From NCBI GenBank assembly GCA_028534125.1, contig CM052816.1:61878001-61942000 (forward strand): DNA of 64,000 nucleotides, given 5' to 3'. Under the pieces are notes generated by a model. It ran no database searches, was not told where the DNA came from, and was given only the letters and a program-made list of their open reading frames with translations. Positions 1-11,860 of this stretch are shown piece after piece. A program made the translations under genes and the position numbers. The stretch comes from Lama glama. Its lineage: Eukaryota. Numbering within the stretch: the first letter of the stretch is position 1; every line of letters starts with the position of its first letter.

Positions 1-1876
1 AAACTTTTAATGATGATATTAGTTCCCCCTTTGAGACAATTTCAATACCAAAACAAAACCAAATAAAAAACAACATGAGCATGCACACATAACACAGCCC
101 TCACCTCTTTTGTTTTCTAAAGTGGAAAAATTTACAATTATTTCAATTCAAGCTCCAAATATCTAATCTGATTATAATGTTTCCCTGCAGATTTATCAGT
201 GGCCACTTGAGAAATGAGATGGTAGGCTACCAGGCAATGTCAGTCAGTATTTTCTTGTTTTGTTTTAACTTATGAGAGGTATAGTCCCTGAGTGTGCCCT
301 CACATTTTCTAAACCCTAGAGCTGAAAATGGTGGGGATTTTTCATCTCACATCTCATTTATTCAGTCTTCACATCCATCATCTTCTAAATCTCACTCTGT
401 CTGATATGAGAGAATTAAGAGGAAGAAATACCCCCAAGAGCAAGTTGTCTATTTAAGAGTTACTGGTCAATTTGACTTGGAAAGTTTGAAAAAAAAGCAC
501 ATTACAAAAAAAGACTATAATAAAATAACATTATAGAAAATAATACACATGTGTGTTTCTGGCATGAAGATTAAAAAGTTCAGAAAAATAAATACCACAA
601 AGTTAACCATGGCTCTGCCTTTGGAAGTATTATGGGGTGATTTTTTTTTTATCCTTTATACTTTCCTACATTTCTGATATTTTTCCAAAGACATATGTTA
701 TTTTTATAATTGGAAGAAATACTACTGCTTTTTTTCTTTATAAAGAAACAGTTATGGTCAAACGTTAATACTTACCTGTATCAATTAACAAATCCATTTT
801 TAAAGGGTTAGAAATGGCATTGATATTAATAAAAGAAAGGAAAATTACAGTTACTAAAAATATAGCTTAAGGCTTTTGTCAAATCTCCCACATTGGAATT
901 ACATCAATCACCAGCCAGAAAGAACGTTTATAAAAAAAAAAGACTATATTAAGACAGTTTAGGGCAGCAAACAGATACATCTAACACACTGGTTCTTAAA
1001 AGTAGCAATAGATGAGTCCTATGTAAACTAGGAGATCTGCAAGATGGGACAAAATTCAAGAGATATAAAAGTATACGGATTGGTTAGAGTTTATTTTCCA
1101 TTGCACATAAAAATTAAATATGCTCATGATGTACAGTTCTCAAAGTAAAGCTCAACAAGATTTGCTCATGGGGGCTAGTGGAAAGTTTGAGATGGATTGT
1201 CCAAAAAAGAACAGAGTACTTTACGAACTCTCGAATTAAAGATGATCATCTCTTATTCACTTTACCAAAAGGTTAAATTTTTGGTCTAATTGTGAGGGTA
1301 TGTATATTTTTATACTTGCTATACACCTTTAAAAGTCTTTATTATTTAAAAAACTACATTTTTGAAAAACATTGTTAAAAATATAGCATGTTTTCTGGCA
1401 CATAAAGGAAGTAACATGTATTCAGTAAAATTTCACTTGAGAAACTGTCCTAGCTACAAAGGGAAGCTTCATTTTTTTACAGAACTTGCAGGAAATGAGG
1501 TGTTCATGTAATTGAATATTTCAGATAAGAGAATCTTATCTTTAATTGATTAAAATAATTTAAAACATTTAAAAACTAATTAAGTTAGAGTTACCGTCTG
1601 TTCTCAGCCTTATAAAACAATAATAAATACCATCTAAACTTTTCTTAATGAAACAAGATCATTATAATAAGCATCAATAATTTTAACACTGACATGCTCT
1701 CAGACTATAATCAAGTATCATCTACAGCAAACGTATCCATATTATTCCACTGTGGTGTTCTTGTGTTTCCTTATCTAGTGTCAAGGGGATAGGTACCATC
1801 TCTTGCTGCTACGTGAATGGATGGTCCCTAGCTCTGACTTTTTCTCTCGCTTTTAAAATTAAAAAAAATTTTTTTT

Positions 1877-2040
1877 GTTTTTTGTTTTTTTTTACATTTT
1901 TTATTGATTCATAATCATTTTACAGTGTTGTGTCAAATTCCAGTGTTCAGCACAATTTTTCAGTCATTCATGGACATATACACACTCATTGTCACATTTT
2001 TTTCTCTGTGATTTATCATAACATTTTGTGTATATTTCCC
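1877..2040 (-). mobile_element. Young, heavily 5'-truncated L1 3' end (camelid-type 3' UTR) with A-rich tail and TSD
   Basis: Reverse complement reads GGGAAATATACACAAAATGTTATG...GACACAACACTGTAAAATGATTATGAATCAATAAAAAATGT(A-rich). It is flanked by AAAATTTTTTTT at 1865-1876 and 2041-2052. Confidence 0.85.
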
Positions 2041-3759
2041 AAAATTTTTTTTAGTCCAATAAAGTAGATGAGAAAGATATAAAGGCCAGTCCCTGACCTA
2101 GCTTTTCTTCTGCTTGTTTATTTATTTTTTAATTCCTGAGGTAAACTTTATATACCATCAAATTTGCCCTTTTAAAGAGTACTCTCCCATACTTTTATTA
2201 TTCTTTCATCTGTTTTGAGCTTGAAACTAGATAATCAATTTGTTAGCACCATGCCCAAAGTAAGAATAAATAGAACAGTATTGATGGCTGGACTGAGAGC
2301 CTTTCTATGCGTCAAGGGCAAATTTACTTTGACTTTTCCATGTAAGTAACATTACATGCTATTATTACATATTAGCAATACATTAGGAGTAGATTATGGG
2401 AAAAATAAGTCTGATACTTCTTGCCTCCAAGAAAAAAAAAATGATGATTGAGAGTATCTGAAGAAAGTTAACTGCTTTGGAAAAAAGGACCAGTTTGCTC
2501 AAAAAGAGGAATTAATTCTATACGATATCAGGCACAACCCAGAGCTAACATTCCAAAAGGGTTTCTGTTTCTTATAAAAACCAAGATTAAGCTAGTTTAA
2601 CATTAAATGTTAGACAGACAAAAAGTAGTCAAAAACTATATACTTTCACAACCTATCAAGCCTGAGGGGCCCTGGTCTGACTTAATCCAGCATTAAAAAG
2701 ATAGTTTGAAGAAACTTGAAATGGCCCACTGCAATTTGAGAGGTACTAAGCACCTCAGGGATGTGTCTCATGAAGAGGCTTTAAAATTCTTTCTTGATTT
2801 ACAAGCTCAGATTGCTTTTCCTCCTCTAATTTCTGGCACTAGTCATAGAGCAGGTATTGTGTGCTTAGAACTTTGAAAAGAGGATCTGACACCTTATCTC
2901 CCCAAAGCTGATTGGAGAATATGTCCAAACCTGTATCTCTGTGTGACTATGTACAATTTGGTGCTAGTTTTAATATGATGAAATTTGAAGAAATCTGGAG
3001 AGGACTTAGAGACATAATTTAACGAAAAGGATTATATGGTTTATTAAAGAACTTGACAGAGCCAACACAGGAAACCAACTCTACCTCCAATTAACTATCA
3101 ATCTTATTCGAAATTTATTACCCCTACAAAAATCCTGTGCACAGGCCTGGATGATTTACAGTGGGACTAAAGACTCCCAGGCTGTACACAAGACTGTCCT
3201 GCAGTATATCTCTTTTGACATTGCTGGTATCTAAAGTAAAACATCACCTTCCTTGTTTACCTAAACTGCAGTGTCAGCGCCTACTGCAGATTCTGTATTC
3301 AGCTAAGAAAGGTAACTGTTCTGAATTTTAGAGTCAAATTTCATGCTGCTATAAAAATTCCCATTATATGACTATAGTAATGGTTTTATTCCTTGACCTT
3401 CTATTTCTTTCATTTACCAAAGCCTTCTTTTAAACATTATCTGAAGCCTTTAAAAAATAAACAGGTGACAAACAATGGCAAAAATTATGAGGTTATATTT
3501 ATGTAATGCTTTTCTTCATACACAGAAGCGTAATCATATCTATTATTTGACAATGTGATATAAGGAACAGCAGACCTTGAGCTTTACTGGAAAGACTGAA
3601 GAAAAAATGGATGGTCCTATATACATTTTTACTACATAGGGAATCTTTTTTCTACATTTCTGTTAAAAAGATGAATACATTGACTCAGTTATAAGTGTAT
3701 GCTTTCATAGCAGGGCAGAGATGTTAAGAGGTTTCTGGATTGTAACTTAATATTATTTG

Positions 3760-3880
3760 GGGGGCAGCTTTGTTGAGGCATAACTGGCATACAAAAGAGT
3801 AGTACACGTTTGAATGTGTATGGTTTCATGGGTTTGAACATGTGCATATACTCACAGCACTATCACTACAATCAGGTAAT
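3760..3880 (-). mobile_element. Old L1 (L1MB/L1MC-like) 3' UTR fragment
   Basis: CAGCTTTGTTGAGGCATAACTGGCATACAAAA...CACTACAATCAGGTAAT resembles the reverse-strand terminus of eutherian L1M elements. Confidence 0.6.
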
Positions 3881-5059
3881 GTCAAACGGCAATGTATTTA
3901 GCATCATTCAGTTATAAGGGGCCCAAAGTACATGTTGATGTAAAAGCAACAATTTTTCTTTCAAGTGACTTTTAATTATTTTATTTTCTGTCACAGTGGA
4001 ACTGAAGGAATTAATAATTAATAATTAAGACAGTAGATCCTATTTATCTTAGAATTTCTATATGGAGAAGTAGATGAGTCCTGATTTTAAAGTAATTTGC
4101 TTCAGGTGATAGAATAGATTTAGAAGCAGAACTACAGGAGAATATAAATTCCTAATTACCTATACAAATCTGGCTAAGGATCTAGCTCAGGAAATTAGAT
4201 ACAGATTATAAAACCAAAGTAGTATTACTCCCTGATCAGAAGTGATTTCCTAAGATGGCAGAAGCCCTGCAGAAAGTATAACACCTATTAGAGCACCTGG
4301 GTAAATGGGAGACCTCCATTCATGCAAGGACAAAACTAGGTAAATTAACTCACGGCCATTTGAACACAGTTTTCTCGTTCTTATGGGTTTCTTTCCAAGT
4401 GCTGTTAATCTGAGCCTAATACATTAAATTCTAAAGTAAAGTGGCAACAGTCAGCAAGTGTTAGACTTGCCAGTTTAATTCATAAAATCAGGAAGTAATA
4501 CTACTAGAAGTTTTACTTAAGAATATATCCAAGTTCACAAACACACATACACCTTTTAAGAAAGAATATGATTATAAAAATGCAACTGCGAAAGCACATA
4601 AAAGGAAAGCTTACTCTGAGATTTTCATCTATGTCATGTTTATATGTGGCCATACTGATAATATAGGCTTTAACTTTAACATGGTATTAAAGTCCATAAT
4701 TTCAATGTGTAGGATTTGGATAGGAAACAAAATAGAGCCATGAATAGCTCTATTTTTCTTTTATAAATGTAAAATTATTATTTTTCTATAGCACTGTAAA
4801 TTTATGAAAGGTCTCCTCATTATGTAATTTGTATCTTACAAGCTACCTGACAGATGCACAAGGCATTTTATCCACGGATTTATTAAGAAAACGGAGTCAC
4901 AAAAGCTTAAATAACCTTACCACTAGTAACTGAAAGTGAGTCTTAATACTTTTCTGTTTTTTTAAGAAAATATAATATTCCGAAGCATTCTTATAATCAT
5001 TACTCTTTCATATAATGAGCTCCTAGTATTCCTGTCAAAATTAATATTAAAAATAGCAA

Positions 5060-5820
5060 AACCTTCTTATAGAAGAATTCCAAGTAATAAAAATAGTAGT
5101 CATCAGGGAAATAGTCACCATTAGAACACCACAGTAAATAACTGTTGCCTACAGGTAAGATTCATCAATGGATGCTAAAATTAGGAAGAGGACAATTGAA
5201 AAGAGACAGGGTATTTGTACAGTCTCAAGGTATCTTCTTCCAAATACCTATTATCTCAAAGGGAAAGAGAGCAACTTCACAGTGTAGCAACTCAGCAGAA
5301 ACCACTCTAACCAAGTGACCATGATAACATCACCAGTAAAAAGATGACAGATACCTTACTATCTCTGATACAATGCAGTAGGAAGGACACATCACTTGTG
5401 CGGCAATCTTTCCAAAACCTCAATCTGATCATGAGAAAACATGAGACAAACTCAAACTGAGACATTCTACCACACATCTAACCAGGATTTTTCAAAGCAT
5501 TAAGGTCATGAAAGAAAAGATTGAGGAAACATATCACAAATCAGAGGAGACTAAGAGACACGATTACTAAATGCAATATGGAATTCTGGATGGAATCACA
5601 GAACAGACAAAGGACATTAGTGGGGAAACTGGTGAAATTCTAATAAGGTCTGCAGTTAGTTAGTAGTATTGTATCAACACTGGTTGCTTGGTTTTGATCA
5701 TCATACTATGGTTATACAAGACTTTAAAATTAAAGGTACACAGAAACTCTCAATTTTTGTAACTTCTTTGTTAAGTATAAAATTATTTCAAAATAAAACA
5801 ATAAAAAATAAAATAAAATA
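5060..5820 (+). mobile_element. Old L1 3' UTR (L1MC4/5-like)
   Basis: Contains TTCATCAATGGATGCTAAAA, CACTCTAACCAAGTGACC...AACATCACCAGTAA and ACTAAATGCAATATGGAATTCTGGATGGAATC, and ends in AAAATTATTTCAAAATAAAA plus an A-rich tail. Confidence 0.75.
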
Positions 5821-7626
5821 AGATGATCCATTATGAGACTAGAAGAAAAATGACAGCAACAAAATGTTCGCATTGTTTTGGAAGCTAATTTTAACTGTCA
5901 CTCAGATTTAGAGAAAATCCAGGGATTCCTAAATGATATAAAGAAAATTATATTCAGGAAGTAATTATTAATATAACTCGCTTTGTAGTTATGGCATAAA
6001 AAGATTTTTAAGCTGACTAACTTTTACATAAATAGACTGAAATAAGCTCCCCGAAGAATCTTCTCTCTTGTGTTAAGAAATCACTCCTTTAAGAGTCAAA
6101 TCTTTCTTTGCCTAATCACATCAAGTATTTCAAAGGCAGATAAACAAACACAGCATTGCTTATGCCTAATATAGGCCTTAACCATAAAGTTCCATTTCAG
6201 TAGTTATCTATTTGTAATTCTCTCACTCCTACTAGACCATGAGCTACGGACGGAGGCAAGAACCATCCATCAATTGCCAACTTCAAACCCCTAGTCCGTC
6301 ACGGCTCTTGAGACATTGCTGGGGGCTGGGGCTGGGGAATAATAATTATTTGCTCAAAAATAAATTTAAAAACTTAAAAGATCTTTCTAGTTAAAAAAAC
6401 TACTTTCATATATTTAAAAAATTTTTAATTATATGAAAAAAATCCCCTGGGAAAATTATAAATAAACTTGAAATTAAATAATCCTCACTGTACTCTTCCC
6501 AAATTGCAACACTACCAATATAGCTTATTTCTCTTCTGGGTTATAGTTCACCTATGTGATCTAGTTACATGTAAGTTTAACCTTCCTTTTAAATTCAGTT
6601 TATAATTTGCGTCATTATGGTGAGTTAACTTTTTAATAATTCGTTTCATTCAAATATATTTTGGTGATTTCAAGTTCTTCATCAAGTACCTGCTTTTATT
6701 GTAATAGTCACTGGGGACAAAACATGAATCATCTAAGAACTGTGTGCTTTAGATAGTTACGTGGTATTACGTGTCCTACTTAAAATAAATAATAATGTCT
6801 ATGGGTAAATGCTGTACCATTGTTATATCTTCTTCTTTGATATATGTCCAGTGACTGTTACAGACCTAGTAGGTAAAAACACTTCATACTTTCTAAAAGC
6901 ATGAGACTATATAAGACATATGCACAAAGCAAATTCGTTAAGCCAAATTTAGTATACATCACTGAATCTACAATGTAATTTATTATTGTAAAAAGAAGAC
7001 AGGTTTGAGGGTTTCAATTGCTATTTTGGAAATTAAATATTACAATTCAAATATTACAATTAAACCAAGGATCATCGGTGAAATAGCTTTTTTGAAGTTA
7101 TTCTAGCTTTATAAAAATCACAGTGAAATAAAGAACACATTTAACCTGTATAAAAAGTGGGGCATTATTTTGATTGGCTTTTGATCAATTTTATCAATAT
7201 TTCAGATTTTCTGTACCTAAACACAAGAGCACAATCAAAAACAAACAAAAAAGTGTATTTAACACTATTCAAAGCAATGTACACATAATGTTTATACAAG
7301 GCTCAAATATAGGGCCTAAACACTTTTCTTAAATGTTTTAAAGGATTTGCAATACAAAAAATGAACATTCTCTTCCTATGTACTTCTCCTAGATATGTGC
7401 TGTAGCAGCATTCAAGTTTTGCCTGTCAAGTTCTCTGTTCACTAAGGAACACTAGCTACGATCATGTTTGACTGAATTTACTTCTCAGACAAAAGTTCTA
7501 AGGGAAACTTTATGGTATTGGCTAACTGCCCAAAGAAAGTATTTAAAAATAACAACACAACTCAACTCAGGAAGGAGGGAGAGAAGAAGTATCAAGTGAA
7601 GATACAAGCTTCAGAAGTACACTTAC

Positions 7627-7730
7627 CTTCGCTTCTTTTTTCTGCTTGTTTTGCTGCATTTTCCACTTTTTTTTGTTTCGCTGCTAAGAGTGCCCGCTTT
7701 AGCTGTCTCGCTTCTTTTCTGAGCTCTTCA
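7627..7730 (-). CDS. CWC27: Internal coding exon (104 bp; probably orthologous to human exon 11) of spliceosome-associated cyclophilin CWC27/SDCCAG10
   Basis: On the minus strand, acceptor TTTTGCTTTATAG| (AG at 7732-7731) and donor GAAG|GTAAGT (7626-7621). The exon is 1 nt + 34 stop-free codons + 1 nt: (S)EELRKEARQLKRALLAAKQKKVENAAKQAEKRSE. This matches the human CWC27 peptide SEELRKEARQLKRELLAAKQKKVENAAKQAEKRSE as I remember it. Exon number is from memory. Confidence 0.95.
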
Positions 7731-8899
7731 CTATAAAGCAAAAATAGTTACGTAATTATATAATAGACTGAGAGGGAAAGTTGCTTAGCAAAAACAATTA
7801 AGTCTGATTATCAGGTATACTAAATCTCCAGGAAGAACAAAGTGAATAATATAATTCATTTTGCTGCTGTGTATGTGTATTTGTGATATGGAAACATACT
7901 GAAAGGATATTTTAAAAGATGAAGTTTTCATAATAGCAATATAATACGAATTACTATAAAATATAGCCCCTTTCAAGTATATCAAACAGAAATAGACAAG
8001 TGATAAATGAACCACTGTTCTTCCTCTAATTTACTTGAAAATTTAACATTCTAGTTTCAGTTTAATAACTCATGGAGATCTCAAATCAAAATATAAAAAC
8101 TATTCACTAAACCTGGGCATACACAAAAAGATTTGGCTTCAAACCTTATTGAATTCCTGAACTGGCACCAATAACTACCATTTATTAAGTAATCATTATG
8201 TGCTAAGAGCCATGCTAAAATTTTTTTTAAACTCAATTTTTTCACAATTAATTTTTTAACTCATTTGATACCACAGTTTGCCAAATAATTTCCTCTTCTG
8301 TAAAATCTACTAAGCTGAGGTATTTTGATAATTAATGCAATCATATATTAAAGGCAAACTAAGATATAAGTGTTGAGTTCACTACAAGTCACCAGTTAAG
8401 TGACTAGTTTCTACAAGCCACTTTTAAGGCAGGGGATTCAAACTCATGCCTTGGAAAAAATTACTAACTACTCATGTTATGAACCTTAGGGTCACTTGTA
8501 AGTAGTCAAGACTGTGTTTTCCATGTGTGTGAATGTCAGGAATCCACTCTGTTCTTGACAACAGCTAGAGTGGATCACAGAGGCTGTGAACACTGTAGCC
8601 CAAGTAGGCACCACTGCATTCTGGAATGACCTCTCAAGACACCTAACCAAGGTTTGCCAAAATCTTAAGTCAAAATAGTTCGATACTGATTCAGCCTTTA
8701 GGGCTTCCTTCTGAACCCTAAATCTTATACTTAAAAAAAAACTCTGTCCTGTAAAAGAGTCACCAAACTCATAGATCTTACAATGTGCATGACAGTTCTT
8801 TTTACCTTTTTTCCATATCAAACACACACAACCATATTTCATATCTGCTTGGCCTCCAAGATCCTGAATTCTGAAACTTCCCTCTCCGATCAAAATCTG

Positions 8900-9790
8900 C
8901 TGTTTTTAGCTTTCTGAGCCTTTCATTCCTACTGAACCTGTGCTCACTATTTTTATGATGAAAACAACTCCTTAATGGTCTACCAGACTTATTCTAACCC
9001 CAACTGGCTCTTTATCCATTCTGGATACTATGATCAGCCATTTCACCAATGTCCTCACCTTAATTTTCTTGACTTGTTTGCCATGGATACATCACAATTA
9101 CCTAGAAGAACTTGTTGAAACATGTTTGGGGAGATACACCTCCAGAAAATATGATTTCTTTACATGTGGGATGTTGCCTGGGAATCTGCTCTTGTGACAA
9201 GTTACCCAGGTGACTCTAATATGCACGCAGGTTTGGGACCCAATGCATTAGGACTTCACTATAGAAATTATCTTCTCTTTCTTCCAACTTCAAGCACTCC
9301 TACTTCACTGATCCTTTCCTTCAGCAAACAGCCTGCTCAGATTTCCCTGTACTCTGCTCCAATCAAGTGATTATCTTTACAAGTAGACTCCTTGCCCGAA
9401 AGAACAGCTTATATACAGAGTCTAATTCATCAACCTCTAACTTAATCTCTTGCAATCTATCCTTCTTATCTTCTATTGAAACTGTTTCTGTGTCAACCAA
9501 ATTCAATGGCCTTTTCTCAGTTCTCCTCTTCCTCTTTGGCCTCTCTACCATTCAATGATGTTAACTACTTCCTTCTGAAATTCTATGCTAAGCAGACTAT
9601 GTACCACTTTAGAGAATCCTGATTCTTCAGTCCTCCTAGTTACTCTTTCTCCTCTCATCCTGTAACGACTGGCATTTTCCTCATTCCTGTACCCTGCACG
9701 CTGGCATTTTTATCTAATCTCATAACTTAAGCTATCACTTTTATCATAGGTTATTTCCAAATCTAGATGTTTTACCTTGATTTTGATCCT
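8900..9790 (+). mobile_element. Degraded L2 fragments interrupted by a MER5-type element
   Basis: Pyrimidine-rich L2-like motifs such as CCAAATTCAATGGCCTTTTCTCAGTTCTC and TTGGCCTCTCTACCATTCAATGATGTTAACTACTTCCTTCTGAAA. Confidence 0.55.
9088..9250. mobile_element. MER5A/B-like hAT-Charlie MITE
   Basis: CACAATTACCTAGAAGAACTTGTT...GCCTGGGAATCTGC...ACAAGTTACCCAGGTGACTCTAATATGCAC...GTTTGGGACCCAATG. Confidence 0.7.
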
Positions 9791-10064
9791 GCAGATTTAC
9801 CAGATAAAAAATATATACACAGTGCAATATTTGCTCCAATAGACAAAAAGAATTCCTTAAAAAAATCATCTAATAAAATGTCAGGAGCCTAGAAATTATA
9901 GTAGTCTTTATCTACTTAGTATTGCAAAGATACTACTAATTCATTCAGCAACTTCTGATGCATCTAATATTTGTACTGTACCATTCTGAGTGATGACACA
10001 AAAATCAAGATGAATAAGGAGGAGAAGAAGCCTAATTTTGCTATATTCTTTAAATCAGTTACCT

Positions 10065-10245
10065 CCCTCACCATTTAATTTCTCAATAACCTGTGATATA
10101 TACATTTTACAGGTAAGAAGTCCGAGGCTTACGGAGATTAAATACTAAGCCTGAAGTCACATAGCCTATCAAAAAATGATAAAGCTAGACTCTGAAAATA
10201 AGATTGTCTGAATTCTAAGTCTATGCTCTTTCCGTTATGGTATAC
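10065..10245 (-). mobile_element. MIR SINE
   Basis: MIR core in reverse orientation: CATTTTACAGGTAAGAAGTCCGAGGCTT...GAAGTCACATAGC. Confidence 0.7.
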
Positions 10246-10249
10246 CGAT

Positions 10250-10660
10250 ACCTTGAGAAAGTCTCCAAGGAGTCAAAATTCCAAGGAGAGACAGAACTCA
10301 TGTACACAAATAATAACAATGGTACCTAATAAAAAGCAGTAACTGCTGTGACAAAGAATGACTGAAGCATTCTGAAGTTCAGAGAAGGATCGAGTACTGT
10401 TTGCTTAATAAGGGATGGCTTCATAAAGGAGGCATTTGAACTGGGCTCTGAAAGATGAGTAGGAGTTGGCTAAGAAGAGAGTCAATGAAGAAACATCCAA
10501 GCCGTGTGTCTAATCCAAGACAGGGAAGTGGGAAAACATAGGGTGCATGTTAAAACATCATGCTACAGCATAAATGATTTAAAGAGGTGCCCAGGACTAG
10601 TAACAAAAGCTAGAGTTATGAAGAGAACCTACAGCAAGGTCTAAATGCTACGCATTTGTG
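10250..10660 (-). mobile_element. L2 3' fragment
   Basis: GGCTTCATAAAGGAGGCATTTGAACTGGGCTCTGAAAGATGAGTAGGAGTT is a typical reverse-strand L2 motif. Confidence 0.65.
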
Positions 10661-10729
10661 AATGGCCCAGGTGAGAATATTTTCCTGTCATTTTCCCATA
10701 TCTTTGAGCTTCCTTTTTTTTTTTTAACA

Positions 10730-11860
10730 ACCAGTTTCTCAAAGGCTCTATGATCTTCATTGTATCCACTATCTACCTATTTCAGTACCTTACCAATAAC
10801 CCACACAGTCCTTAAATTGCTGTCTTAGAAGAAGTAACTTACCACCTCCTAATCACAAACTTCAATGGCTTCCCTAAGACTGTAACTTAGATTTTCAGAA
10901 GAATCCAACTTTGCTGACCACCTTACCTCTGACCTTTTGCGATCTCAGACCTAGTGCCATGCCTGATCGCTTCCTAACCTTTTGATAATTCTTTCTGTTT
11001 CCACTGGCTTTTATTATTCCACCTCCTGCTCCTTAAATGTAGGTGCTTCTTAGTAGCCTAGTTTCAATCCTCCTTCTCTCTTTAGAAATTTCACGCACAT
11101 TCAGGACTTCAGTTCCATCTATCTCAATTCAGTCAACGTACAAAATCAAGATCATTAGCCTGATGCTCTTCGTACAGTTCCACTTTAAAGCTAAATTCAC
11201 ATTTTTAGCTGCCAGATGGATACTTCCATTAATATTCCACAAATGCATCAAATTTGCCATTTCAAAAGTCATATCGATCATTTTGGCTCCTCAAAAAACA
11301 TCACTTTTTTTTTTCTATTTTTCCCTTTTTTTTTTGATAACTCCACCAGAATGCCGATTGTCAGGTTCACCTTCTAGATGACTCTCTCACTTTCTGCGCC
11401 TGTTTAGTTGTCCCATCCTTTCTCTTTATAAAGTCTCTTCCTTTCTGTGGTTGGTGACCACTGTTTCAGCTTTCATGACCTCACTCTTATCAGTCTCCTA
11501 CTTGGTCTACGGGCCTCTGGTCTGACTTTTCTTCCATTCATTTTGCACACTTGGGCCAAATCCTACAGTTCTACTCCCCGATCTTCGTAACTCCCAAGTC
11601 CTACTGAATAGTGCCCCAATTTCTTCCTAAGCATTTAAGTCCCTCTCACAAGTTACCTTCCAATTACTTTTTCAACTTTATCTCTCAGGGATCCTCTATG
11701 GTTACTCTAAATTTCAGCCAAAATATACGAGTCATAATTGCTTTGGCTAACTTTGAGCTTCAGCACACATACCCCTTTGTTCATGCCATTCCATTACCCA
11801 AAACAGTCTTTCCTTCCTATTTCTGCCGATGAAAATCTTCCTCATCTTTCAAGGCTTCGT
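10730..11860 (+). mobile_element. Long degraded L2
   Basis: L2 motifs: CCTAATCACAAACTTCAATGGC, TCCTTAAATGTAGGTGCTTC, TTTGTTCATGCCATTCC, TCCTCATCTTTCAAGGCT. Confidence 0.65.

Larger units (their letters stand above)
1..7626 (-). other. CWC27: CWC27 intron downstream of the exon (runs off the window start)
   Basis: Begins at the GTAAGT donor at 7626. The expected next CWC27 peptide (EEAPPDGAVAEYRREKQKY-like) was not seen in this stretch. Confidence 0.85.

Noticed and set aside
6321..6338. G-quadruplex candidate GGGGGCTGGGGCTGGGG
   Set aside because: Only three G-runs, so not a canonical three-tier intramolecular G4.
7512..7736. 74-aa + strand ORF in the track
   Set aside because: Antisense shadow of the CWC27 exon. 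The splice signals and the recognisable peptide are on the minus strand.
8492..8893. 133-aa minus-strand ORF
   Set aside because: Non-ATG start, no recognisable domain or exon boundaries, and a length compatible with chance in 64 kb.
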